DNA of 64,000 nucleotides. It comes from the human T2T-CHM13v2.0 reference genome, Homo sapiens. Each line of letters opens with the position of its first letter. Within the stretch, counting starts at the first letter, position 1. The stretch lies in the NCBI RefSeq assembly GCF_009914755.1, contig NC_060929.1. One strand, 5' to 3'. The position numbers were made by a program, and so were the translations under genes. Positions 11,421-25,070 of this stretch are shown one piece after another. Below the pieces are notes generated by a model that had not been told where the DNA came from, ran no database searches, and saw nothing but the letters and a program-made list of their open reading frames with translations.

Positions 11421-13166
11421 ATGAATGGCTTTTTTATATTAGTTTTTTAAATAATATGTAAGATAGGAAATGGAAATTACCTAACCCACCTAACCCAGGA
11501 TATAACAAAAGGTCAGAATCTTAGTAATTGTTAGATTTGCCATGAATCTCCTGAAAAAATCCACCTCATACTTATACAAGTTGAAACCTATAACCAACCC
11601 TTGCAAGCAGGCACCACCAATTCCAGAGTGGCCACAATGCTTCTGTAGTCCTTCCATTTCAGCCCCTCCATTAATACAATTTATAAGAAGTCCTCCACTG
11701 CGGACGGGGGCCACCCTCAAAAAAGCTATGTATATCTCCTTTGGAATGTCACAAATTATGCATGTAGTAAAGAATTTCACTTTACTGTCACCACAATTAC
11801 CATCAGGAGTACCTCTTGCACTCTGGCATATTTATCAGAAATGCTCCAATAAGCTAAATATGATTAATATATTCCTCTCACTTTCCTAAATGTTTCCAAC
11901 CCTTTTCTGAAAATGCAGCAGTAGTCCCAGAAATCCAACCGTTTAGAATGGCTGTTTGGTACAAACATGGGGGGACTACCCACCTCGATAAGAGAGGATT
12001 TCCCTAGTAGTCCTCAATACCCTGTGTTTCCACCTGGAGACTAACAACATGGAACACTCTATGTTATGGAGCAGAGAGTCTTATTAATTAAAATTTTTAT
12101 TCTTCCAAAGCTTTTGCTTATCAACTATTTAACGGGACTAGAGGTATTAAAACTTATCAGAACAAGAATTTTTGGACAGTTAATGCCTACATTCATTGTA
12201 TGTGGGCAGATTTAATTGTTGGTGCCTTAACAAACCACTCTGCCTTACAAAAGGAAAGAGCTTGGGCTGGTACTTCTTGGGGTCCTTTAGGAGCTGAATC
12301 ATCTGTCCCAAACTGTACATTCAGCCAGGATGTACAGAAGTGGGTGAACTTGAAAAAATACCACTATCTTTTATGCATCTCAGGGACTGTGGTTCGTCTG
12401 TGAAGACCAGCAGCAAAAACTCTGGGCCTTGAGTTGCCTATACTGCACAGTGGTGCGAGGGATGTATTCCCTGCAATGGGTGTTACCTCTAGATGGCTCT
12501 TTACAAATATGCCAGTATCTACTTCACAAAGTCCCTTCCCATTAAGAACGTACCAAACAGAAACGAGGAGTAGGTCTTATAGCCTTGAGTGTAATAACAG
12601 CTGTTACATCCATAGGTGGCTCGGTTGTAGGAATAGTTTACAATGCATAAACAATTCAAAATGCATCAAGTGTAATTGAACAATATGCTGAAGATGCTGT
12701 TCAGGGTTTTAAGGTCCTCCAAATGTCATTAGATTTACTTGCCAATCAGGTGATGGATCACAGAATAGACCTTGATTATCTCTTAGCAGAAAAATGAGGG
12801 GTATGTGCTATAGCAGATACTTCTTGTTGTTTTTATGTTAACTCCTAAGGAGAGGTTGAATTTGGAGCCAACCATCTACTTTGTAGAGCTAAATTGTTAA
12901 GGGGTGCTAAGACCCATTTAGCTGGAGATATATGAAATACCATTAAAGGATATCTCCCTTCAATGACATGGTTCCCCCACTTATTAGGACTTCTGGTAAT
13001 GATTGTCTTAGCTCTGCTTCTTGGACTCTGCATATTAAACCTTCTTGTAAAATTTGTTTCTTCTCACCTAGAGGTCATCAAATTTTAGATGGTGATGCAG
13101 ATGGCACCCCACATGGACAAGTCCTTCTTCCGAGGCCTGCTAGACCACCCTCTGCATGACTCTTGA
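11421..13166 (+). pseudogene. env: ERV env (multiple stops and frameshifts), EnvV/EnvP(b)-like
   Basis: Signal peptide MNGFFILVF*IICK, CxxC as NLSNC*ICH (11529-11540), KQKR cleavage site (~12555-12566), fusion peptide GVGLIALSVITAV, ISD VMDHRIDLDYLLAEK, CX6CC CAIADTSCC, TM segment WFPHLLGLLVMIVLALLFG. Confidence 0.92.
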
Positions 13167-13266
13167 CTGCCACACAAACAATGTCCCCTCACAGCTTGAG
13201 CAGCTAGTGTGGTTTTCTTCCCTTTTCCCTAAACCGCAATTAGGGTCACTACTCCAGAATGGGGAA

Positions 13267-13892
13267 GGAGAGAGGAGGCAGTTAGGAGCTGGTTAGGCAG
13301 ATCGAGAGGGAGGATCAGTGGAGAAGAACAGAGAGAGGCAATATTCACATGAACAACCATGGACAGCACCTAAACTGCCTATGCAGCTAAAGGGAAGAAA
13401 TGTGGTTAAGAGCTTCCCCTTAAGCCAGGGTGCTGCTCACAGGGACTGTCCCAACTTAGGGGCAGGCACAATTCATCAAAATAAATATCTTTGTCTTAAC
13501 CTTGCTAAATATAATATTGTTAACATGATATCAGCATTGTGTGTTTAGCCCCTCCATGGATTTTGGTTAAGCATTCATGGGTAATAACCAAGAGGGAGTC
13601 AGTCAGCCCAAACTCAAGCATGTGCAGATGCAACACCCATAGGAGGAACATTTACCTCTCCCATTTGGAGAAAAACCTACAGAAGACTTCCTGGCTTCTG
13701 CCACATAACATATCAGGAACTCAGTCCTGTTTCTGGAAACTTGCTTTCCAGCCCCCTCTCTTTGCTGATAACTTTCCTTTTGCTTAATAAATCCTACTCT
13801 ACTCACTCTCCAATGTCTGCATGTCTCATTCTTCTTGGTTGTGGGACAAGAATTTGGACTTAGCTGTACTAGGGACTAAGCAGACTGCAACA
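13267..13892 (+). mobile_element. 3' LTR of the ERV1 provirus (~626 bp)
   Basis: Follows PPT 'agaatggggaa'. AATAAA at 13786-13791. Ends 'gactgcaaca'. Confidence 0.92.
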
Positions 13893-16849
13893 CTCTCAAC
13901 TCTTTTCTTGAAAAATAATGCATTACTGTTATAAGACAAAAAAAGATCCCCCACTACTCATGTAATCTAGATCTTCTAGTAAATTTGTGGCTATGAGTAA
14001 ATTAGACAATATCTTTATCCCACATCTAATCTTTCTCTCAAACCTGTTTGGATATAAAATAAGATTTCATAGCATGGAATAACAAACTCATTAACAACAA
14101 AGAGACATCCATTAATTGCTTAATCACAATTTTCAAAGGCAAACATGTAGGCAAATCTGTCTTGTAGACAATTACAATACAAGAGAAAATACTAATGCAA
14201 AATGTAGGTTGACAAGAAGCCAGCTGAATAAAATATTTACAATGATTAATGAAAGATCTGTGCAGTTTAAAAAGCATTTTTCTTTTCCTTATCAGTTTTG
14301 GTAAGCTGTTAGTAGTGAGGCTGCTTGTCAGAGTGTGTGGAGGAAAATAATTTGTTGCTCTGACAAAGATAGGAAAAAACCTGAGTGAAATGTGTTTAAG
14401 ACAGAAACGTTGATCAAGTGACCAGTGTTGTGAGAGACTTCAGGGAATTTGCATCATACTGAGAAAGCAGCTTGGAAATATAAGAATCCACAATGGAATA
14501 CAAGACAGGGAAAAGCACATACAAACATAAAGTGAAGAGAGTGCATTCCTACACATAAGATGGGATGAGGCATTTCCAGCTTCCAGATGAAAGTACTTTT
14601 TTAGGGAACATTAAATCTGACAACTTTTGCAGTCCCATCCCCACCCTTCTCTATAAGCAGATCCATTGTTCCTGGCCCTTCATTCTCAAAAAACTAAACA
14701 AAAACTTACCTTTTGTGCAAGCCCTAAAACATTTACTTTTTTTGATATAAGGTCCAGAAGCCATAATTACTTTTCCTTAAATAAGTATAATTATTTTTAA
14801 AAGGTATTTTATCTCTACTAATGTTAGATTCTGCATTGGAAATGTGTATTTACTTTTTAAAGAAAAACATTACTCATCAAAGTCACCTATTATGCAATTA
14901 TCACAAATCAAGAATAGTTAAAAAGTTGATACTTTTATAGACTATGATTTCTTACCTTGTTCCATAACTAAAGGAATAGAATAAAGGGCTTGGTGATGTC
15001 ATAAAGGAGTAAAACTAACTTCTAAAGGCCATTTTAGATTTCTTTTACTCACACTTATTGTGGAAATTTTAGGCATTTACAACCAAACAGTAGTACTTTG
15101 GAGATATATTTTTTTTGTATTCTATTTTGCCTTTTTCAAGACAAAAGATCGAATTTTAGTATGATGTGATTTAAGCTCATTTGCAATTTACATCCGTTAA
15201 AAATGCAGAATTCATTGAATACTCGGGAACCTCTGTCTTTTTTTGCCTCTAATCTTCAGAATACGCTGGTTTATTTTTGAAATTGAGAATAATACATGGA
15301 AAATCTTTTCATCTTATTGATGAAAGAAAGTGTTTGATCCAGCAGGCGTTAAAGTTCAAATGCACAGATAAAAGATAAAATAGTAGATTATTGAAGAGAA
15401 GTTCTTGGGCTATGTATTCATAGTAAGTAAAGACATGAAAAGGATATAATATCAGTATATCAAGCACAGGGAATACACAAAGATTACAAGATATAATGTT
15501 TTAGCTCCTTATCTGTCAGTTTAATGAATGTTATTTTTCATATTTAACACTCTATTGCACATGTCCAATTTTCAAAAGATAAGTCAGATTACATTTTGTC
15601 AGACCTAAGAAGAAATCATATTACATAACTATTAACACAGGAAAATAATGGGACATATTTTCAGCCAAATTTCTGATCTTCTAAGATAAACGAGCTGGAG
15701 CCAATAAGGCTTGAAATGCTCTAAAACCTCAACTTTTCATATACAGCATCATGCACAGCAGTTTGCATTGTTTTAAAGATGATGTCACAGTTGGCCAAGG
15801 TCAAGAAAGCACATCTGAAATATCCTTCCAACCTAGCTTACTCAACCTGGAAGCAGAAATAGTAAAGCCTGGCTCAAAAAATATTTTGAGTTCTCGTGTA
15901 ATATTTTTATGTTTAGATAAGTGGCTTTCAAAAGGCAATACATGGACTCACTAAGGTGTCTCCTTGCTTACTGATTTATTCTAATATTTATTCTTACATT
16001 ACAAAAAAATTTCTTTTTGTTTTTAGTGGAAACATATATCTCATAATAATACCTCTAACCTGTTACAGCACCAGGCTTTTCAATTTGATATACACAATGG
16101 AAAACAATAAAAACAAAAATGAAGTATGAATCAGTGATTTTTAATATATGTGTTTTATGATATGTTTCAATTGTTCATTTAATTTAATTCAAAGAAGTCA
16201 ACTTTATAGAAATATTTATTTCTAACCATATTGTAGCTAATAGATTATAGACACAGAAGTAAATTCAATTTCCTCAATGTTAAATGTATTCCATTTTTGG
16301 ATTATCAATCTGACAAAATTATTACCTAAAATATTACTTCATAAAGGTAATTACTTTTGTTAAACTACCATCCCCAGCTTGCCAATATATACAAAACCAA
16401 TCATAGATTAATTGTCTTGTGCAGACTTTCATATCATGGGAATTTCTCATGCATTGATGAGTTAACACTGCTGTGTTTCATGACTTTTATGGGTTTAGCT
16501 ATATGAGGATCTGTTTAAGAATCTATATGATTATTCAGTGTGCTCTCTGGAGGCAAACATTTCAGAACTGTGACAGTGAATAAGATATATGAAGGTAGTT
16601 TAGAATTTGGAGAATAAAAGAGGAAGAGGAAGAATGAATATTTATCAAAATGAAGCTATTCATCTGAGTCTTTTGGAATATTATTCAGGTTAGAATTGCT
16701 CTTTCTTTGAAAATTTTAGTTTCTTCATAATGAAAGAGGGTAAATTAACAGGTAGAAAATAGGCTAATTCAATATCTCAAAAAACTCCTAAATCCTTCCA
16801 TTTTGGAAAAGTAAAAAAAAAAGGAGAACTTTTTCATACTCATTTTCAT

Positions 16850-16995
16850 CAAATCTTTGCTCAAATGTCATCTTCACAATGAGGCTTACCTTAACTGTTC
16901 TATTTAAAATTGCACCTCCCAGCACAATCAATTCCTTTTACCATGACTATCTCTTTACTTTCTGACATTTACCTGCTCCAAACATAGTAAATGTA

Positions 16996-17036
<41 letters not shown>

Positions 17037-17182
17037 GTGTTATTGCTTATTTTGTCTCCTTCTACCAGAATGTCAACTCCATGGGGGTTGTTTTTTTTTT
17101 TGTTCACTGATACATCAAATGGTTAGAACAGTGGCAAGCACTTAGTACAGATTCAATAACTATTTGCTGAATAAATTAACGA
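16850..17182 (+). mobile_element. L2 3'-end fragment with embedded (GT)n at 16999-17040
   Basis: 'ctcaaatgtcatcttc...agaatgtcaactccatg...caataactatttgctgaataaat'. Confidence 0.7.
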
Positions 17183-17938
17183 ACACATATAAAATGCTTT
17201 TCTAGAAATATTTTATTTGCAATATAAGCAACATTAACAGCAGCTGTCATTTATTTGAGGGTTGGAGTGATGTTACCTGAAGATACAGAGGCACAGATCA
17301 TCTGGCAGAGGCTGAAGATTTTGTTTTTCAGCACACTTAATTATTTCTTTATATCTTTTTATTTCCAGTATTGTAAACTTTAAGAGACTTAGTTTGTCCA
17401 TACAGTATCACCATGTAATAGCTGAAAATGTTTTTTTTTTGGACCAGCTGATGTAGGAAAATACAATTTTGGTAAATGAAGCGTAAGATTTAGTAGTGTC
17501 AAGATATAATAGTCATGATATGAATGTCCATTGTGAAAACAGAGAACTCCCGTGGCTGTGGATGGCAATCTATTTATGCTGCCACCGGTTGGCTATTGGA
17601 ATCAAAACTCAACTCAAAATTTAGAAGCAAATTTTGCCTGTTGGTGGGGTAAGATCTTCACTTTTCGGTATTGCTTTTGCTACGGTATTTCAAATTTTTA
17701 TGTGGCACTGCAAAAGTATGGAACCAGCGAGTCCACTGGAGCAAACTTTCTTAAAGAAGCTAAACTGGCAGTGAGAGCAAAAGCTAAGAAAGCCCCTCAC
17801 CTCTTCTATCCAGCTAAAGCTCAGTAGTTTAGGTTAACCAGGTAACCTAAACTCAAAGTAAGCTTATAAAGCAGTATTTAATCTTATTCAGCAAAAAATC
17901 TGCATCAATCATTTATGCAAGTGATCCAAATGCATACA

Positions 17939-18286
17939 CACTTGACCCTTGAACAGCACGAGTTTGAACTGTGAGGATCCATTTATAGCAGATTTTCTTC
18001 TGCTTCTGCAACTCTGAGACAGTAAGACCAACCTTTCTTCTTGCTTGTCTTCCTCAGCCTGCTCAATGTGAAGACGAAGAGAATGGAGACCTCCATGATG
18101 ATGACTTCCACTTAATGAATAGTCAACATATTTTCTCTTTTCTTATCATTTTCTTAATAACATTTTTCTCTAGTTTACTTTATTGTAAGAATACAGTTAT
18201 TCTGGGGGGAAGTCAAAAATTATACATAGATTTTTGACTGTGTGGGGGGCCAGCACCCCAAATCTTGGTTGTTGAAAGGTCTACTA
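17939..18286. mobile_element. Tigger2-family (MER28/Tigger2a-like) DNA transposon fossil
   Basis: TIR-like ends 'cacttgacccttgaacagc' and 'gttgttgaaaggtctacta', plus characteristic internal text. Confidence 0.85.
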
Positions 18287-18336
18287 TGATTATCTCATTT
18301 TAATATTACAAATTTTCTATGTACAAATAAGAACCT

Positions 18337-18657
18337 GGACAGACACGGGTGGCTCACGCCTGTAATCCCAGCACTTTCGGAGGTCCAGGTGGGCGGATCA
18401 AGAGGTCAGGAGATCGAGACCATCCTGGCTGAAACGGTGAAACCCCGTCTCTACTAAAAATACAAAAAAAAAAAAAAAAAAAAAAATTAGCCAGGCCTGG
18501 TGGCTGGCGCCTGTATCCCAGCTATCGGGAGGCTGAGGCAGGAGAATGGTGTGAACCTAGGAGGCAGAGCTTGCAGTGAGCCAAGATGGCGCCACTGCAC
18601 TGTAGCCTGGGCGATAGAGAGAGACTCTGTCTCAAAAAAATAAAAATAAAAAAAAAA
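18337..18657 (+). mobile_element. AluY with expanded middle A-tract
   Basis: AluY-type 'gagatcgagaccatcctggct' and 'gagcttgcagtgag'. About 23 A in the linker. Confidence 0.93.
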
Positions 18658-20257
18658 TAACCTAATGTTCTTTTCATTGATGACACTGATGTGATTTATA
18701 CTTTTTTATTGTTTAGGCATTTTTCTTGCTAGATATCCTCATCTTATAATAAGCTAGAATTAAAACAATTTGGTAGTAGCATTAAAAGCTTAGCTGTAGT
18801 TATAAACACTAATGGGTAGGAACACTCTTATGGAAGCCTTTATGGCTTCTCTCAAGTGTATCACAAATAATATGAAAATGGTTTTTCTTTTTAATTCATT
18901 TTTTTTCCCTAATCATTGAAAGAAGGTTATATACAACAGTACTGTGATTTCTCATGGTGGTGTATGCCTCCATTGGAATACATTTTTGGTCCTTCATATG
19001 TGAGTTACTTACAACAGCCTCCACTTTGCTTTTCAATTCAGTAACTTTCAATTTGGTTTTCGTGTTTTGCTTTTGGCAGCTTACCTGTAAGTGCCCAAGT
19101 GTGTGTGTGTTCAATATTCCAGTTTGCATACATGCGCTTGCCAGTAATATGAGGCTTTTCAGAGATTGCTTTTCAATAAGACAAATAGAATGACCACATA
19201 TTATAAATTATTAATAAGATGTTATGCACCACTTCCTGTGCTTTAATTAAAATACATTAATGAATTAAGTGAAATCAGAATTAATAAAGATATGCTAGAT
19301 TTCCCCTAGAACAAGCTCAAAAAAGAAATAATATCCATGCAGCACACTAACTTTTATATTCTGTTTAATTTACCATCGTCATTCACCCTAATCCTACATA
19401 TTGTATTTTATTAGAATGTTCTCTTCTGACTCACCTGGAGTTCAGGAATTCAGGCTACCAGTCAGAAGTGCTTCCTCATGTTTTGTCCTCAACCTTCAGG
19501 CTTTGGCAACAAAGTCTCTTCAGAATAGCTTATCTCGCAGCAATCAGCCATTACCACCTTAGCAAGGCTGATTCATTTATGTGACTATTTCCCAGCTCTT
19601 CAAAGCTATAATTTGTCTTTTCTGGCACTCTGCACCAGCTGAGCCCCCAGAGTTCCTGCATCCTTTCATCCTTTCTCCCACAGGGTTGAAGAATGGAAAG
19701 GAAACTAGACAGGTTTCCGTATACTGGAAGCTAAAGAGTCCCTTGCCCACCATGATTAGAACTTTCTTGTTCTTAAAGGCTTCTCGGTCAATTTACTTTT
19801 AAACAAATCATTCTTTTTAAGGAGAAGCACGTTTAGCTTCCTGCTTCCATCAGCTATAAAGCTGAATTCTTGTTTTAAAGAAAGTGTAACTACAATTATT
19901 TTTATTGGAAGCTAAAGCAGCTTATCCACTTTGGATATAGAGTTTTCAGAAATTATTTTTTTGATAGTTTTAACTTCTCACTGAAGAACAAAACATTATA
20001 AATAATACATTAAAAAGATGCATTCTAAAATGTAAGATAAAAGTGCATGGTGGTACTTTGCTATCCAATTATATAAAGGGCTTTTACTTTTAAATTTTAT
20101 ATTAACTGATTTAAATTGAGGGAATCCTCCTTACTTGAAACATTTTTTAACATACGTTAAATTTAGCAAAACTATTTATAATTTTATTCACAATAAGAAA
20201 GCATGCTTTAATTATGTAACATGACATTTTATGCTCTTACTTAATTCCTGACCTTGC

Positions 20258-20551
20258 TTTATTTATTTATTTAGGGACAGGGTCTTCCTCCAACACCCCG
20301 GCTGCAGTACAGTGGAGCAGTCTTCACTCACTGCAACTTCCACCTTCTGGGCTCACACGATCCTCCTGCCCCAAATGGGACTTCAGGTGTGCACCCCACA
20401 CGTGGCGATTTTTTGTACAGGCAGGGTCTTGCTATGTTGCCCAGGCTAGTCTCGAACCCCTGAGCTTGTCTCGAACCCCTGAATTCAAGCGAACCACCTA
20501 CCTAGGTGTCCCAAAGTGCTGGGATTACAGGTGTGAACCACCGTGCCTGTC
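20258..20551 (-). mobile_element. Old Alu (AluJ-type) with a small internal duplication
   Basis: Diverged Alu. 'gtctcgaacccctga' occurs twice (20449-20482). Confidence 0.85.
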
Positions 20552-21941
20552 TCAACTCCTAAGCTTTTCAATCCATCCTTCAGCAAAGAATCAGAAATTT
20601 TGTATAGAAGAGATTTAGTGGTGTCATACTGTTGAAAGGACAATCAGAGATCTGAGTTGGTAACCATGACAATAGGATTATCAGATCTCCTACCAATATG
20701 AACATAATTAACCAGTGAAATCAGTTACTTTATGATATCTACAACCCTTCTGCATGAAAGGTAGGCTTCCAATAATTGCTCCAAGACAATATCTGACCAG
20801 GACCACTTTACTACGAGGGCCAATTACCGGGAAATGTTCTTCCAAAGGGTACCTGCCTGATCACCTTGCTAGAATTTTCATAGGCCCACACTGCATCTTT
20901 CTTCCTTATTTAAGGTGTCAGATATCCATAATGGTGTAAATGTTCTCCCAGACATCTCCAGCTCCTTTCCCCTTTCTCTTAACAAGTGATTCCCCCAACA
21001 AATGCCCTGCATATCTAACTGCCTATGCAGTTGTGCTAGTAAGACGAAGAAACTGCCTTTTGTCTGTGTCAAGATGAGGGAGGGCAGTATGGCTCTCCCT
21101 ACAACATGCCTCTGGCAACTCCAGTAGCATCTTCTCATGAAAGCAACCACATGCCCTTGATCATTTTGTTTTGTCTCTGAACTTTTCCAAACTTGACATG
21201 TCTTCTTCAAAATGTCACACTCATCTGGAGGTAGCATTTCACATATGAATTAAACATAGCCTATAGCTAAGTGGAAGGTTATTTTCTTTTTCAAGTACAA
21301 TACCCTGCTTGAAAGATATGGGTGGCCAAAAAAATCTTACATTTCTTTGACTTAACATTTAATTATTTTGGAAGACCTCTTAGAGTCTGAGACTGAAAGA
21401 GCAATCTTTAGAAAGTGTATATTGCTCATTAATTAGGGTGAAGATTACTTATGATTACTTATGATACAAAGATTACTGTGTGAATTAAAAAATCTACCTC
21501 ATGATAAATTTTCTTAATTGGAAAACAATATATTAAGGTAAGGTAAAACTACTTTTGTATATTTATAGCTAAGTGTTTATGCATCTGAAGTTTTATCTAC
21601 ATCAAGCTGAATATGCTGCAAGCCTAATATTTACATACAACTCATGGCGAATTTATCATTAGTTATGATGTAGCACTAACATAGGACACTAATGGAAGCA
21701 CAAGAGTCACATATTATTGTCAATTATTCACAGACCAAATTAACTTAGGTAATGTTACAGATTGACAAGCACATTCAATGATTTTGATTTAACAGATACA
21801 AATAAACTTCCTACCCTAAATACAAAATATACTTTATTTACAATATCTGTCCTACATTAAAATAGGAATATCAGTACATTTATTTTCGATCAAAGCATTA
21901 AAATTTGTTTTAAAACCCACTCTAAAATTAAAAACACTCCA

Positions 21942-22331
<390 letters not shown>

Positions 22332-22557
22332 TTAGCTTAGAAATTCATCTGACTAGAGATTTATTATAAATTTTAATAATATAGACAGCATGTAGATTAA
22401 ATCAAGAGTAAAGAGGATTTTTGTTTATCAGATAGGAAAATACATTATTAATTGAATTAAAACTTTATGATACTGGGAGGAAAAACAAGCATATTAAGAG
22501 AACAGAGCAGGAGATAAAGAAATACAACCAAACATACCTAGATATGGATATATACCA

Positions 22558-22560
<3 letters not shown>

Positions 22561-22612
<52 letters not shown>

Positions 22613-22868
22613 CACATGCACACACACATATACCTATGTATGCGTATATATGTATATATACACATATATACCTATATACACACATATATATACACACACA
22701 TACATATATACTATATATATACTCTATATATACATGCATGTATATATACGTGTGTATACATATATACATATATATACACACACATATATATGTAGTAATA
22801 ACTGTAAGTCAGTATATATGTAGTAATAACTATAGCAATATATATGCAGTAATAACTGTAAGTCAGTC
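22561..22868. repeat. (TC)n/(TA)n/(CA,TG) simple repeat followed by a ~27-bp unit x3
   Basis: Directly visible; 'atatatgtagtaataact...' repeats three times at 22785-22868. Confidence 0.93.
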
Positions 22869-23339
22869 TCAGGAAAAAGAAGACATTTGATAAGTAGTGT
22901 TAGTGTAACATGTTAGAAATTAAGATAAACTACAAATATTTACCTGACACTTTATGAGAAAAAAAATCAGATGGCTTTTAATACATACATTTATATAAAA
23001 ATGAGAATGCATGATGTTACTTAACATTAAGAAAAAAGATCTTTAATGTGATTCCAAAGGCGAAAAGAAACATGATTAAACTATTTAACAGAATATCCTC
23101 TCCTTAAAAGTAGGAGAGGAAGAGAAGGAAGGAAGCATGTATGCAAAATGCTAAAATTGCAATTGTCACTAGTTTGAAAATTAGCTAAATAACCAATAAA
23201 CATTGGCACAAATCAACACACACATAAGCCAAATGCTCTGATAGAAAAACTGCAAAAAATATACCAAAATAACCTTCTATCATTATTAGATAACAAAACT
23301 AAATAACTTTCTATTGTTATTATGTTGAAACAAGGAAAT

Positions 23340-24180
23340 TACATAAACAAACACTTCTCAAAACAAGATATAAGAGCGGCCAAAAAACATGAAAAAATGC
23401 TCTTCATCTCTGATCATCAGAGAAATGCAAATCAAAGCTACAAATAGACATCATCTCACACAAGTCAGAATGGCTTTTGATAAAAGGTGAAAAAATACCA
23501 GATGTTAGTGAGGCTGTGGAGAAAATGGGAGACTTTATACACTATTATTGGGACTATAAATTAGTCCAGCCACTGTGGAGAGCAAATTGGAGATTTCTCA
23601 AATAACAAAAGTTGAACCAGCAATCCCATTATTGGGTATATACCCAAAGGAAAATAAATGATTCTACCAAAAGGACATATGCACTTGCATGCTCACTGCA
23701 GCACTATTTGCAATAGCAAAGACATGGAATCAACTTAGATGCTCATCAACAGTGTGCAGGATTTAAAAAAAAAATGTGGTTAATATATACCATGGAGTAC
23801 TATGCAGCCATAAAAAATGAAATCATGTCCTTTGCAGCAACATGGATGCAGCTGGAGGCCATTATTCTAAGCAAACTAGGGCAGAAACAGAAAACAAAAC
23901 GCCATATATTCTCACATATAAGTGGAAGCTAAACATTAAGCGTACACATTGACATAAATATGGAAACAATAGATACTGGAGACTACTAGTGGGCAGAGAG
24001 AAAGAGGGAGGGGCGCGAAGGCTGAAGAACTACCTGTTGGGTACTATGCCCACTACCTGGGCAAAAGGTTCAGTCATATCCCAAACTTCAGCATCATAAA
24101 ATATAACCATGTAACAAATCTGCACAGGTACCCCCTGATTCTAAAACAAAGTTGAACAAGAAAACAAAAATAATAAAATT
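23340..24180 (+). mobile_element. Old primate L1 3' end (L1PA15-17/L1PB-like)
   Basis: ORF2 C-terminal text and 3' UTR ending 'gtaacaaatctgcacaggtaccccctgattctaaaacaaagttg'. Older L1M remnants probably flank it. Confidence 0.88.
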
Positions 24181-24764
24181 GGTCAATGAGACCTAGACCA
24201 AAGAATTGAAAGTAGTTTGACATAAGAATATAGATATTAAAAACACATCCCATTTCCTATCAGGTGATAAAGGGTACAGATATTTCTGATTATAGCTAGC
24301 GTTTTTTGTGGAGAGGTAGGTGTTACATCCTTATGCATTATTCATATGAGGTTTTACTCAACTTAACTTTCTACAGAGCAATTCAATATGCATAAATATG
24401 TGTAATATTTGACCAGGCAATACCACTTACAGGGTTAGAACCTCAGAAGACACTCAGAAATATATTCCAAAATATATATTCCATATGTTTAAGGAAGTTA
24501 CAGGTTTTTTTAAGGTGCAAGATGGCAAACAACCTAAATGCCCTGAGCATACTGTTTATTTAAAATGGATGCAGCAGATGGCTCATTCTTTGAAATTAGA
24601 AGCTGGTCCCAATATATTTTTAAGTAAAACAAAACAAAAAACAAATGTCCATACTATATATTTGGTGTGATCTTATTTTAATATACATATGTACATATAA
24701 AAATATTCAAGAAATGTTTGCATTTTTAAGCCTGATGTTGGATTTGGAGTGATGCATTGGCCTT

Positions 24765-25070
24765 TTTTCTTTCTTTTTTTTTTTTTTTTGAGACGGAGTT
24801 TCACTCTTGTTGCCCTGGCTGGAGTGCAATGGCGTGATCTCGGCTCACCGCAACCTCCGCCTCCTGGTTCAAGTGATTCTACTGCCTCAGCCTCCCAAGT
24901 AGCTGGGATTACAGGAGTGTGCCACCATGCCTAGCTAATTTTGTATTTTTAGTAGAGAAGTGCTTTCTCTATGTTGGTCAGGCTGGTCTCAAACTCGGGA
25001 CCTCAGGTGATCCACCCACCTCGGCCTCCCAAAATATTGGGATTACAAGTGTGAGCCACCATGCCCATCT
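24765..25070 (-). mobile_element. AluS (Sp/Sq-type)
   Basis: 'gagtttcactcttgttgccc'; TSD attggcc(t/c)tttt. Confidence 0.93.

Noticed and set aside
9894-12935. APOBEC3-type hypermutation, suggested by several Trp codons turned into stops (IE*, GED*, CA*, C*IC, DI*)
   Set aside because: At least as many Trp codons survive and the contexts are mixed. Neutral decay at this age suffices without a consensus-based test.
13267-13892. Specific family name for the ERV1 LTR
   Set aside because: I cannot recall a consensus match reliably; this needs a Dfam/Repbase search.
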